DNA from: an uncultured Candidatus Micrarchaeota archaeon
GTDB taxonomy: Archaea; Micrarchaeota; Micrarchaeia; Anstonellales; J096
Length of the DNA: 64,000 nt
Assembly: GCA_938083015.1 (NCBI GenBank)
Contig: CALKCX010000003.1
Location: 83,861 to 147,860 of the forward strand
Direction of reading: 5' to 3'
In this document: piece by piece, positions 33,637 to 45,280 of the stretch
How the letters are laid out: each line of letters opens with the position of its first letter
How positions within the stretch are numbered: the first letter of the stretch is position 1
Program-made: the position numbers and the translations under genes
The notes under the pieces: generated by a model
Seen by the model: the letters and a program-made list of their open reading frames with translations, nothing else
What the model was told of the DNA's origin: nothing
Databases searched by the model: none

Positions 33637-34734
33637 GTGATGATTGTGGCAGATCAAAACACAGACGAGATGATACTTGAAAATGAGGTTAGTAAAGATG
33701 AAGAGGAAATTTTAAAGTTAATAGAACAAGAACAGGAAAAGATAATGGTAATAGGTGCAGGTGGAGGTGGATCGAATACAATTAATAGACTATTTGAATT
33801 TAGACCTGCTAATAATGTTACTTTAATAGCTGCTAATACTGATGCTAGACATTTACTTGGTATAAAAGCTCATAGAAAAATATTAATAGGTCAACAGTTG
33901 ACAAAGGGAAGAGGGTGTGGTAGTAATCCTGAATGTGGAGAGAAAGCTGCTCAAGAAACAGCAGCTAAGATAAAAGAAGCTTTAAATGGTGCCGATTTAA
34001 TATTCTTGACATGTGGTATGGGGGGTGGTACAGGTACAGGAGCATTACCAGTAATAGCAAAGATAGCTAAACAAGACGTAGGTGCTTTAACAGTTGGAGT
34101 AGTCACTTTGCCATTCCAGGCCGAAGGTAAGATTAGAATGGAAAATGCGATATCTGGTATAAAGAAATTAAAACAGAATGTAGATACGTTGATAATAATA
34201 AAGAATGATAAACTTCTAGATATAGCTAAAGATCTTCCTTTAGATAAGGCATTTAAGATAGCTGATGAAGTATTGGCAAGATCTGTTAAGACTATTGCTG
34301 AGATGTCTGTAAAAGCAGGTTTGATAAACGTGGACTTTGCAGATTTGACAACAGTCTTAAAAAATGGAGGGTATGCAGTAATAGCAATAGGAGAATCGGC
34401 ATTAGAAGGAAGTAAAGAAGAAAGGGCAAAATTGGCAATAGAAACAGCATTATCTAATCCTTTATTAGATGTAGATATATCTACTGCAGATAGGGCATTG
34501 ATAAATATTATTGGTGGAGAAGATTTGGTATTACAAGAGGTAAACTATATCGTTGAAGAGACTAGAAAGAGAATTAACCCTAATGCACATATTATCCATG
34601 GTGCTAGAATAGAACCTGATATGAAAAAATCATCTATAAGAGTATTAGTAGTATTAGCAGGCGTTACATTGCCAAATGATTTCTATGAAGATCAACATAA
34701 TATAAAAGATGTTCTTGGAATAGAAAAGATATGA
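33637..34734 (+). CDS. ftsZ: Cell division GTPase FtsZ
   Basis: 365 aa. IGAGGGGSNTINRL, GMGGGTGTGALPVIA and NVDFADL. Conserved archaeal ftsZ-secE-nusG linkage. Confidence 0.95.
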   Translation: MMIVADQNTDEMILENEVSKDEEEILKLIEQEQEKIMVIGAGGGGSNTINRLFEFRPANNVTLIAANTDARHLLGIKAHRKILIGQQLTKGRGCGSNPECGEKAAQETAAKIKEALNGADLIFLTCGMGGGTGTGALPVIAKIAKQDVGALTVGVVTLPFQAEGKIRMENAISGIKKLKQNVDTLIIIKNDKLLDIAKDLPLDKAFKIADEVLARSVKTIAEMSVKAGLINVDFADLTTVLKNGGYAVIAIGESALEGSKEERAKLAIETALSNPLLDVDISTADRALINIIGGEDLVLQEVNYIVEETRKRINPNAHIIHGARIEPDMKKSSIRVLVVLAGVTLPNDFYEDQHNIKDVLGIEKI

Positions 34735-34922
34735 TAAAACTAAAAGAAGAGATGGATAGTTTAGTTACTACTTATAGAAGATTAAGAAAACCTGATTTAT
34801 TAGAAGTAGAAGGACTGTATAAAAAAATAATGTTAATAACATTTGTAACAGGTCTAATTGGAGTTTTAGTAGTATTATTATCCGCGTTATTTGATGTTAT
34901 AATAAGAACGGTGATTAAATGA
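34731..34922 (+). CDS. secE: Protein translocase subunit SecE/Sec61-gamma
   Basis: 63 aa. RRLRKPDLLE followed by a single TM. Sits between ftsZ and spt5, with ATGA overlaps on both sides. Confidence 0.75.
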   Translation: MIKLKEEMDSLVTTYRRLRKPDLLEVEGLYKKIMLITFVTGLIGVLVVLLSALFDVIIRTVIK

Positions 34923-35377
34923 TATACGTATTACCTGTTGTTACAAGAGATGCCCATATTGTAGCAAAACTTATATATAAGCGAGTATTAGATCTAAAGA
35001 TAGAAGGAATTTGGGCAATATATATGGATCCTAAAATTAAAGGTTATCTTTTTATAGAAGCAGATAATCAAGATGCTGTAAAAAGTGCAATTGCTGGTGT
35101 AAAAGGTATTAAATTAAGATCTCAAGAGATATTGACTATTACTCAAGAGGAATTAGAACAGATCTTAAAGAAATTAATACATGAAGAAAAAGAGGTAATA
35201 AATATAGGTGATATAGTAGAGATAACAAAAGGGCCATTTGCTGGAGAAAAAGCAAAGATAAGAGCTATTAATACTGAAAAAGGAATATACACAGTCGTAT
35301 TACTGGATTTACCTACTGTTATTCCAATAGATTTACCAGCTAAAAACATTAGACTTTTAAAATCTTCTAAAGAATAA
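34919..35377 (+). CDS. spt5: Transcription elongation factor Spt5 (NusG)
   Basis: 152 aa. NGN domain plus the KOW motif GDIVEITKGPFAGEKAKI. Confidence 0.85.
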   Translation: MIYVLPVVTRDAHIVAKLIYKRVLDLKIEGIWAIYMDPKIKGYLFIEADNQDAVKSAIAGVKGIKLRSQEILTITQEELEQILKKLIHEEKEVINIGDIVEITKGPFAGEKAKIRAINTEKGIYTVVLLDLPTVIPIDLPAKNIRLLKSSKE

Positions 35378-35383
35378 AAGATC

Positions 35384-35905
35384 ATGGGATTAAGACCTGC
35401 TAGGACTATTAGAAATAGATTTCAAAAACAAGTTTGGAGTAGATGGAGTAGAAAAAACATGTCTAAAAGTTATGTTAAAGCATTACCTCATAAAGATTTG
35501 AAACAAATCCATAATGGTGTAGGTAAGCCTGAAGATTATAACATAAGATACGATTTAATAGCTTGCGATACCTATTTACATAGAGATAATGCTATAGAAG
35601 CTGCTAGACAGGTAATAGTAAAAAATCTTGAAACTAAGATACCTGGAAACTTCTTATTATTAGTTAGAAAATATCCACATATTGTTATTAGAGAGAATAG
35701 GATGTTAGCAGGAGCTGGGGCAGATAGAATTCAAAAAGGTATGAGAAGATCTTTTGGTAAACCAGTTGATAGGGGGGCAATTGTAAAGGCAGGTGAAGCA
35801 ATATTTTCAATATATCTTAAATCTGATGATAAAGCTTTGGTAGAAGATGTATTTAGGAAAGCTGCTAGAAAACTATCAGGATCTTGGAAGATAGAGCGAA
35901 TATGA
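35384..35905 (+). CDS. rpl10e: 50S ribosomal protein uL16 (L10e)
   Basis: 173 aa. N-terminal MGLRPARTIRN... and the MLAGAGADRIQKGMR block are typical of L10e. Confidence 0.9.
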   Translation: MGLRPARTIRNRFQKQVWSRWSRKNMSKSYVKALPHKDLKQIHNGVGKPEDYNIRYDLIACDTYLHRDNAIEAARQVIVKNLETKIPGNFLLLVRKYPHIVIRENRMLAGAGADRIQKGMRRSFGKPVDRGAIVKAGEAIFSIYLKSDDKALVEDVFRKAARKLSGSWKIERI

Positions 35906-37083
35906 GCGATATAAATACTAAAATAGATCAACTTTTGAATATTCTAAAAGATAAAGATAATATAGATCTGATAGAATTGTCTAATCTTCTAAATGAGAAC
36001 GTAGATAAGGTAAAGGAATGGGTATTGATATTGGAAAGCAATGGATATGTAAAAATTCAGAGTAAACTTTCAGGTACTTACATAAGATTGATTAAATTAC
36101 CTGAAAGTCCTGATAATATTGAGGAGAAGAAGAAAAAGAGAAAAGTTGAGACAAAAGAAGAAACTAAAGAAGAAAAACCTAGAGAAGAAAAACCTGAAGT
36201 TAAAACTAAATATCAACAAAGTTCAGAAATCTTAAAGAGAATAGTAAACTTGAAGAGAGAAATTATGAATATAGATAAAGAGAGAGTAGCTATAATTAAA
36301 GAAAAACTAGATTTGCTTAGACAGGAAAATGAAGCTGTTATAAACAATCTTAGCGATTATATTATAGAACTTGAAGAGAACATTTTAGGAATATCTGATA
36401 AGTTATCCAATACAATACCAAATATAGATAATGAAACATCACAACTATTAGAACAGATTAAGTCATTGATAAAATCTATAGATGGGTATAGAAAAGATAT
36501 TGATGAGTTTAGTAATAAATTAGACGATATAAAAAGCATGTATAAAGATCTAAAAAAATCTTATTTAGCAGAATTTAGAGAAATAGAAGGACTTGTAGAT
36601 GAAATAGATGATCTAAAAGATAAGAAAAAGGATCTCGAAGGAAATATAGCTGGTTTAAAATCTCAGATTGAAACTTTAGAATCTTTGTTTAATAAACTTG
36701 AAACTAGGTATAAAAGATTAGAAACTAGACTTGAAGAGCTTTATGCTAAACTTACGGATATGAATAGGAAATATGAGGAATATGAAAAGAGTGCTTCACA
36801 ATACGAGAATAGACTAATGGAATTAGAAAATATGAAGATAAAGATGAATGACGAATTAAATAGAATTATAGAAACTCTAAGAGATGTAGAAGATAAGGCA
36901 AAACATATTAAATCAAAGGCCCAGAGAGAGATATTAGATAAATATATTGCCGAACTTGAAAATTATATATTGGAAATGGAAAATAAAATGAAAGAAATAG
37001 ATGAAGAAGAAAAACAGATACAAGAGAGAAAAAGGTTATTACAAGAAGAGCTAAAGAGATTAATCGAGAGTTCAAGAAGATAG
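35902..37083 (+). CDS. Winged-helix-like N-terminal domain plus a long coiled-coil protein, unknown function
   Basis: 393 aa from the ATG at 35902 (ATGA overlap with the rpl10e stop). The N-terminal ~70 aa is HTH-like, followed by a K/E-rich linker and ~280 aa of heptad-rich sequence. Confidence 0.6.
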   Translation: MSDINTKIDQLLNILKDKDNIDLIELSNLLNENVDKVKEWVLILESNGYVKIQSKLSGTYIRLIKLPESPDNIEEKKKKRKVETKEETKEEKPREEKPEVKTKYQQSSEILKRIVNLKREIMNIDKERVAIIKEKLDLLRQENEAVINNLSDYIIELEENILGISDKLSNTIPNIDNETSQLLEQIKSLIKSIDGYRKDIDEFSNKLDDIKSMYKDLKKSYLAEFREIEGLVDEIDDLKDKKKDLEGNIAGLKSQIETLESLFNKLETRYKRLETRLEELYAKLTDMNRKYEEYEKSASQYENRLMELENMKIKMNDELNRIIETLRDVEDKAKHIKSKAQREILDKYIAELENYILEMENKMKEIDEEEKQIQERKRLLQEELKRLIESSRR

Positions 37084-37596
37084 ATGGATGATAATCAGAT
37101 AAAAGAAGTTATAGCAAATCTTCATCAACTATTTCAAAATGAAAATACAGATCAATATCCGGTAAAAATAGACGAATCTTTATATAAAAAAGTTCAAAAA
37201 ATAGCAGACGAGTTAAAATACTCTAAAGATATAAATCATGTTCATGCTAGGTATTACAATAATCTATTAGATATTTATGAAAAGCTAATAAATATTAGAA
37301 TTAGAAAGATAATTATAAATGTATTGAACAATAAAGAATTGTTTAGAGATAGATTGACAGAACAAGAATATCAATTATATCAAGATATTAAGAATACGAT
37401 TAATGAACATAAGCTTAGAATGCTTGATCTTGATTTAAATATTAAAATTGAAATAATTGAAGATGTGGATCAATATGTTGATTTAAAAGGTAATAGCAGA
37501 GGTCCTTTTAAGAAAGGTCAGATTATTGAAATAGAGAGAGAAGAAGGAGAATGGTTGATAAATGAGAGAAAAGCTAAAAGAGTAGAAAAATTATAA
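37084..37596 (+). CDS. GINS-like replication factor subunit (tentative)
   Basis: 170 aa. An alpha-helical A-domain-like region (..LINIRIRKIIINVL..LTEQEYQLY..) followed by a small beta C-terminus (GPFKKGQIIEIEREEGEWLINERKAKRV), resembling archaeal GINS. Confidence 0.5.
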   Translation: MDDNQIKEVIANLHQLFQNENTDQYPVKIDESLYKKVQKIADELKYSKDINHVHARYYNNLLDIYEKLINIRIRKIIINVLNNKELFRDRLTEQEYQLYQDIKNTINEHKLRMLDLDLNIKIEIIEDVDQYVDLKGNSRGPFKKGQIIEIEREEGEWLINERKAKRVEKL

Positions 37597-39348
37597 AAAC
37601 ATTACATCATCGTCCGGATGTCTATATAAAGGTTGTTTCAATCTTTTCTGATCTATAACATGACCTATTAGTCCTATTGTTCTTGATAGAACAAACAAAG
37701 CATTTCCGTAACCTAGATTTAACATATTTTCTAAATCAAACCCCTCTTCTTCTAACATATCAAGTAATATTGCAGCTATAGCACCATCAACATTCAATAT
37801 TAATTTTTCCGATTTTTTAAGCATCTCTTTCTCTAATTCAAGAGCATAATTTAGATATTTTTTATATTTAAGATTTTGTTCAGCAAATTTTTTCAACAAT
37901 TCTACTCTTTTATCAGGATTATACTTAGATTTTACCCTATGTCCTATTCCAGGTATGTTCTCACCTTTCTCTTTCATCATATCTATAAACTTCTGCACAG
38001 GTATGTTTTCTTTTACAGCCCAATATATATATCGCATAGCATCGTCTATTGCACCTCCGAATCTAGGACCTATTGTAAGCATTCCAGACGCTACCGAGCT
38101 TACAAGATCTTTTCCTGCTCTAGCAGCTACAATAGAATTATGGGCCCCAGATACATTTGGTCCATGATCTGCTAAAAGAACTAATACGATTTTGATGAAT
38201 TTCTTAAATCTCTCAGATAATCTTGTCTTAAACCATAACAATCCTATTACTTCCTCTATACCTTGATCTATAAGTTCAGATACATGTACACCATTATAGG
38301 CTATTTCCCCATCTATCTCTTTAGATATACTTGAAATTATCGTTGTAGGTCTTCTAACTATTCTCTTTTGAATAGCTATCTTAAAATCAATTGGTAAGGG
38401 ATTGTAAAAACTATCTTGAACTGTTAAACCTAATCTATTCGATATTTTAGAGATTTCGTATTCTATATTTTTAAAACTATCAGGTACTATCACACCGGCA
38501 TCTTTAAGAGCATCCATCTTCTCTTTTGCACCTTCCATCTCAGATCCCATTTTAGCTGCAGCATGCCCAAACTGTACATTCCAAGGAAACAGTTTTGCCG
38601 ATATACCAACAATCCACATTATTAAAGGTTTTGTTATTACTTTTTCTTTTACAAGTTCAGCTAATCTATACTCTTCTTTGCCCCCTATTTCACCTATAGC
38701 TACAATCATCTTTATTTCCGGATCTTGATTCATTCTTAATATATGTTCTAGCATAGTAGATCCAGGAAATACGTCTCCACCTACGGCAACTCCTTCTCTA
38801 GTTCCATTACTATTTCTAGCTACAATTCTAAACATTTCATTTAACAATCCACCACTTCTAGTTACTATACCTACAGAACCTGGTGAATACAATCGACTTT
38901 TAACAATATTATCATAATCTCCGCCTACTACTCCAGCTCTAAGTGCACCAACTGTAATAGCTCCAAATGTAGCTGGTCCAATTATCAATTTTCCCCGAGT
39001 TTTAGCTTTGTATATAAGATCTTTCATATCTCTTTCAGGTACGCCTTCTGCTACAATTACTATTGTTTTTATTGAATCATTATCAAGTAATTCCTTAGTA
39101 GTATTATAAGCAGATCTAAATGAAGATAGATTTATTGCTACATCAGCTTCTATTTGAGATGTTTTATATACCGGTATTAGTATTTCATCCGATCCATAGA
39201 AAAGTTTTTGATATCCAGAATCATTGTGAATAATAGCTTTTATAGATGGAGTTCTGCCTATTATGTAATCATAATCTAATATTCTTTGTATATACTCTGG
39301 TTTATTGTTTATTACAATTACCCTATCTTGTCTACTAAATAACACCAT
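37591..39348 (-). CDS. aclA: ATP-citrate lyase alpha-type subunit (succinyl-CoA synthetase-alpha-like domain fused to a citrate-synthase-like domain)
   Basis: 585 aa. LFSR...ILIPVYK, IVAEGVPE, IIGPATFG, SRLYSPGSVGIVTRSGGLLNEM, GVAVGGDVFPGST, VQFGHAAAK and C-terminal GHRVKSKYNPDKR. Collinear with ACLY/AclA as remembered. Confidence 0.9.
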   Translation of the reverse strand: MVLFSRQDRVIVINNKPEYIQRILDYDYIIGRTPSIKAIIHNDSGYQKLFYGSDEILIPVYKTSQIEADVAINLSSFRSAYNTTKELLDNDSIKTIVIVAEGVPERDMKDLIYKAKTRGKLIIGPATFGAITVGALRAGVVGGDYDNIVKSRLYSPGSVGIVTRSGGLLNEMFRIVARNSNGTREGVAVGGDVFPGSTMLEHILRMNQDPEIKMIVAIGEIGGKEEYRLAELVKEKVITKPLIMWIVGISAKLFPWNVQFGHAAAKMGSEMEGAKEKMDALKDAGVIVPDSFKNIEYEISKISNRLGLTVQDSFYNPLPIDFKIAIQKRIVRRPTTIISSISKEIDGEIAYNGVHVSELIDQGIEEVIGLLWFKTRLSERFKKFIKIVLVLLADHGPNVSGAHNSIVAARAGKDLVSSVASGMLTIGPRFGGAIDDAMRYIYWAVKENIPVQKFIDMMKEKGENIPGIGHRVKSKYNPDKRVELLKKFAEQNLKYKKYLNYALELEKEMLKKSEKLILNVDGAIAAILLDMLEEEGFDLENMLNLGYGNALFVLSRTIGLIGHVIDQKRLKQPLYRHPDDDVMFL

Positions 39349-39371
39349 GATCTTATTGAAGATATAAGTTT

Positions 39372-39377
39372 TTTAAA
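39372..39377 (-). promoter_or_regulatory. TTTAAA box for aclA
   Basis: Centre is 26.5 nt upstream of the ATG at 39348. Confidence 0.55.
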
Positions 39378-39406
39378 TAATCTAGAATAAATTCATGTTT
39401 TTAAAT

Positions 39407-39412
39407 AAAAAA
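39407..39412 (-). terminator. Oligo-T (T6 on the minus strand) directly after the 23S 3' flanking helix
   Basis: A6 on the plus strand abuts the outermost helix segment (39413-39416). Archaeal termination typically occurs at oligo-T tracts. Confidence 0.4.
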
Positions 39413-39426
39413 TGGCTTCCGATTGG

Positions 39427-42351
<2,925 letters not shown>

Positions 42352-42393
42352 AGCCAACCGGCTAGAGCCATTTTATATATACATAAGAAACCT

Positions 42394-42399
42394 TTTAAA
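42394..42399 (-). promoter_or_regulatory. TTTAAA box for the 23S rRNA transcription unit
   Basis: Centre minus 25.5 nt predicts a TSS at about 42371, the base next to the first paired base of the flanking helix (42370). Confidence 0.55.
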
Positions 42400-42402
42400 A
42401 CA

Positions 42403-43170
42403 TTACTCAATTTTTAATATTTTGAATACTCCTTTGAACAATTTTACTATATCTAAAGTAGGCATTTCACTATTTAAGAACGTAATCATCAATTTATTAT
42501 TTGTTAACATAGCGTATCTTTTTAACAAACTTCTCAATGTCTTCATATCTTTTTGTTCTAAACATTTACTTATTTCTAATTCCGTTATGATAATTCTAGC
42601 TTGTTCTATTATACCTCTATTATTTAACATTCTTTCTATCATATTTTGATCGTCTATACCGAATCTCTCCTTAAACCATTTCCAGTCTTTTTTAACGTAT
42701 TTTTCATATATCAATAAAACTGTTTTTTCATCTTCTCCTAATTTAACATGTCTTACAATTTCTCTTATCTTTTCATCTCTTCTTTCTGAATCTTGAATAT
42801 CAAATTCTTCTTTTCTACTTTTCAATTCTAGATAAGCGGCTATTGCTCCTAAAGCACTAGTTTCTGCAAGATAAGTAGCTGTTTTTAACATTTCGTTTAA
42901 TCTGTCATTCAAATCTGCAAGTACATCCATCTCAGCAGTAATGGTTAATCTTTGGAACATTTCTATTATATCATTTCTACCTATTTTTCCAACAGTTTCT
43001 GACAAATCATTACTAACTAAAATTCTAAAATTAAATATATCTTTTAATATTTCATGTACGTCTTTATCATTATATGTTTGATCATCTTTTATCATAGTTT
43101 CTAACATACCGAGCCTCTTAGGAACATCTTCTAATTTAATGCTTTTAGGCTCAATCTGCATTTCCAACAT
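42403..43170 (-). CDS. Hypothetical alpha-helical protein (255 aa)
   Basis: Long ORF with a promoter box 25.5 nt upstream. No family recognised. Confidence 0.55.
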   Translation of the reverse strand: MLEMQIEPKSIKLEDVPKRLGMLETMIKDDQTYNDKDVHEILKDIFNFRILVSNDLSETVGKIGRNDIIEMFQRLTITAEMDVLADLNDRLNEMLKTATYLAETSALGAIAAYLELKSRKEEFDIQDSERRDEKIREIVRHVKLGEDEKTVLLIYEKYVKKDWKWFKERFGIDDQNMIERMLNNRGIIEQARIIITELEISKCLEQKDMKTLRSLLKRYAMLTNNKLMITFLNSEMPTLDIVKLFKGVFKILKIE

Positions 43171-43172
43171 AA

Positions 43173-43178
43173 TTTAAA
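43173..43178 (+). promoter_or_regulatory. TTTAAA box for pus10
   Basis: Centre is 26.5 nt upstream of the ATG at 43202 and only 5.5 nt from the divergent ATG at 43170. Confidence 0.55.
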
Positions 43179-43192
43179 TAAGCTATACTAGA

Positions 43193-43198
43193 TTTAAA
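43193..43198 (-). promoter_or_regulatory. TTTAAA box for the gene 42403-43170
   Basis: Centre is 25.5 nt upstream of the ATG at 43170 and only 6.5 nt from the divergent ATG at 43202. Confidence 0.55.
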
Positions 43199-43201
43199 AG
43201 C

Positions 43202-44170
43202 ATGTTATGTAAGAGATGTGCCCAAATTTATAATTTAGAAGATTTGATTGACATATCAGATAAATGTAAACTATGTAATAACATATGGGAAAAACTATAC
43301 TTACCAGAATTACCTTCAAGAAGAGTAGCTATAAATATAATAGGATTTGATGATAGTCAATATTTATTAAAACCAAAGACTACTTTAAGAGCAGCTATAA
43401 AACAGGATTTAGTAAAAAGATATGATCTTATATTAGATAGCGTAGATCCAGATTACTATATAGAGATCTCTCCACATGGTATAAATATAAAATCTGCTGA
43501 ATTATTTTTATTTGGAAGATATTGGAAACTTAAACCAAATATATCTCAAAAACGATGGAGAAATTTTACATCAGTCGAAGAGTTAATAGGAGAGAAGCTT
43601 AAGCATAAATATGGGGCCAAAAAATATACAATGCATGCATCTGGTAGAGAAGATGTAGATGCTATTAACATTGCTGGTAGACCATTTGTAATGGAATTAG
43701 AAGCACCGTCTAATCATATTGTAACCCCAGAGATTATCATTGATGATAAAGTAGTAGCTTTAATCTATGGTAGAGTAAGAAGAAGATTTAGATCATTAGT
43801 ATCGGATTCGCATTTTGATAAAGGTTATCTATGTTATCATAGAACTTTGAAAGAACATGAAATTACAATATTGAATAGTCTTAAAAATATTAAAATATCA
43901 CAATATACGCCTAAAAGAGTAGAAAAAAGAAGAGCTTTGAAAACGAGATATAGAAAATTATATTATATAACATCATATTCTAACTTTTCAAGATTATACA
44001 CAGAAGCAGGTATGTATGTAAAAGAACTATTTCACGGAGACGAAGGTAGAACAGAACCTAATTTATCAAACATCATAAGGGAAAAGATAAGATGCGATTT
44101 TCTAATAGTATCTCGTATATACGATAGATTTCTTGATATAGCTTTTAATAGATTCAATATCTCCTCTTAA
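43202..44170 (+). CDS. pus10: tRNA pseudouridine synthase Pus10
   Basis: 322 aa. N-terminal Cys pairs (CKRC...CKLC), HASGREDVDAINIAGRPFVMELE and YVKELFHGDEGRTEPNLS blocks. Confidence 0.85.
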   Translation: MLCKRCAQIYNLEDLIDISDKCKLCNNIWEKLYLPELPSRRVAINIIGFDDSQYLLKPKTTLRAAIKQDLVKRYDLILDSVDPDYYIEISPHGINIKSAELFLFGRYWKLKPNISQKRWRNFTSVEELIGEKLKHKYGAKKYTMHASGREDVDAINIAGRPFVMELEAPSNHIVTPEIIIDDKVVALIYGRVRRRFRSLVSDSHFDKGYLCYHRTLKEHEITILNSLKNIKISQYTPKRVEKRRALKTRYRKLYYITSYSNFSRLYTEAGMYVKELFHGDEGRTEPNLSNIIREKIRCDFLIVSRIYDRFLDIAFNRFNISS

Positions 44171-44612
44171 GTAGTTTTGAAATTTGTATTAATATAGCGT
44201 CTCTGTAAGGAGATTTAGGCATATTGCCTATATATTCTGTTAACAATTCTAAAGTCCTGTTTTTATCTATTTTAATGGCCTTATCCAAACTAACCTTAGC
44301 TATATCTAGCTTGTTTGTATAAGCAGCACTTATTGTTAATATTATTAAATCTAGTATATCGTTACTGTCTTTAAGTGATTCTAAAACTTCATCATGTTTA
44401 CCTATATAAAAAGCAGCATAGGAAAACAATCTTGGATATTGGTGTTTAACATGTTTTAAAAACTCGTAAGCGTATTGGTATCGCTTGTATTTGAGAAATG
44501 CAGATCCTAATAGTAAATATCTCGTATTCTTATCTTGAATAGATGTTGCAATTTTCGATATCTCTTCTAACGTCTTAGTACGTAATATGTTTGGAATGTC
44601 TATCATATTCAT
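44154..44612 (-). CDS. TPR-like helical repeat protein (tentative)
   Basis: 152 aa with repeated helix-turn-helix-like segments (YLLLGSAFLKYKRYQYAYEFLKH...). ATGA overlap with the upstream gene. Confidence 0.4.
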   Translation of the reverse strand: MNMIDIPNILRTKTLEEISKIATSIQDKNTRYLLLGSAFLKYKRYQYAYEFLKHVKHQYPRLFSYAAFYIGKHDEVLESLKDSNDILDLIILTISAAYTNKLDIAKVSLDKAIKIDKNRTLELLTEYIGNMPKSPYRDAILIQISKLLKRRY

Positions 44613-45280
44613 CTATATATATTATTCTCTTTAGGCACATCTAATTTTACTTCCTCTATTTCTCTCTTTTTATAAGTCTCTAATACAGATATATCAAGAT
44701 CTATTTTAGTATTGAATAGCTTTTCAAATACTTCTTGAAACTTTCTAATCAAAGATATTGACATATCTATATCAATTGTATTTTTAGTTGAAGATGGGGA
44801 AAATATAGCTATATATCTTATTTCAGGATGAATTTTAGGTAATAACAATGCCAATACTCCTCCGATAGCACCTTCTTTTATAGGACTCATTCCTTCTAAC
44901 ACATCTTCAATATTTGGTATATTTGTTACATAATTATAATTTATATCGGCAATACTACTTAATACTATAATATCGGTAATTTTATACTTTTTTATAGCAT
45001 TTTCTATATATTTATAAACTATTGGAGCTAGCATCATAGATAAAGAGATTTCAGATATAAAAAGATAAATATTAAGTTCGCCCATAACTTTTCTATATAT
45101 TCTTACTGGTGATAATGGCCGGGCTTTATGTATAACAGCTACAGGTGGAAATTTCTTATTATACTTCTGTTCTAACAATTCAAAACCAGGAGAATACGTC
45201 AATGTAAGTCCTACTAAACTACCGATCATTCCTGTTGAATATAAGGTAATAACAAGAACATTCCTATTTCTTTTTACCAT
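44609..45280 (-). CDS. PAC2-family (proteasome assembly chaperone-like) protein (tentative)
   Basis: 223 aa. N-terminal LVITLYSTGMIGSLVG...FPPVAVI... resembles the PAC2 family pattern from memory. Confidence 0.5.
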   Translation of the reverse strand: MVKRNRNVLVITLYSTGMIGSLVGLTLTYSPGFELLEQKYNKKFPPVAVIHKARPLSPVRIYRKVMGELNIYLFISEISLSMMLAPIVYKYIENAIKKYKITDIIVLSSIADINYNYVTNIPNIEDVLEGMSPIKEGAIGGVLALLLPKIHPEIRYIAIFSPSSTKNTIDIDMSISLIRKFQEVFEKLFNTKIDLDISVLETYKKREIEEVKLDVPKENNIYR

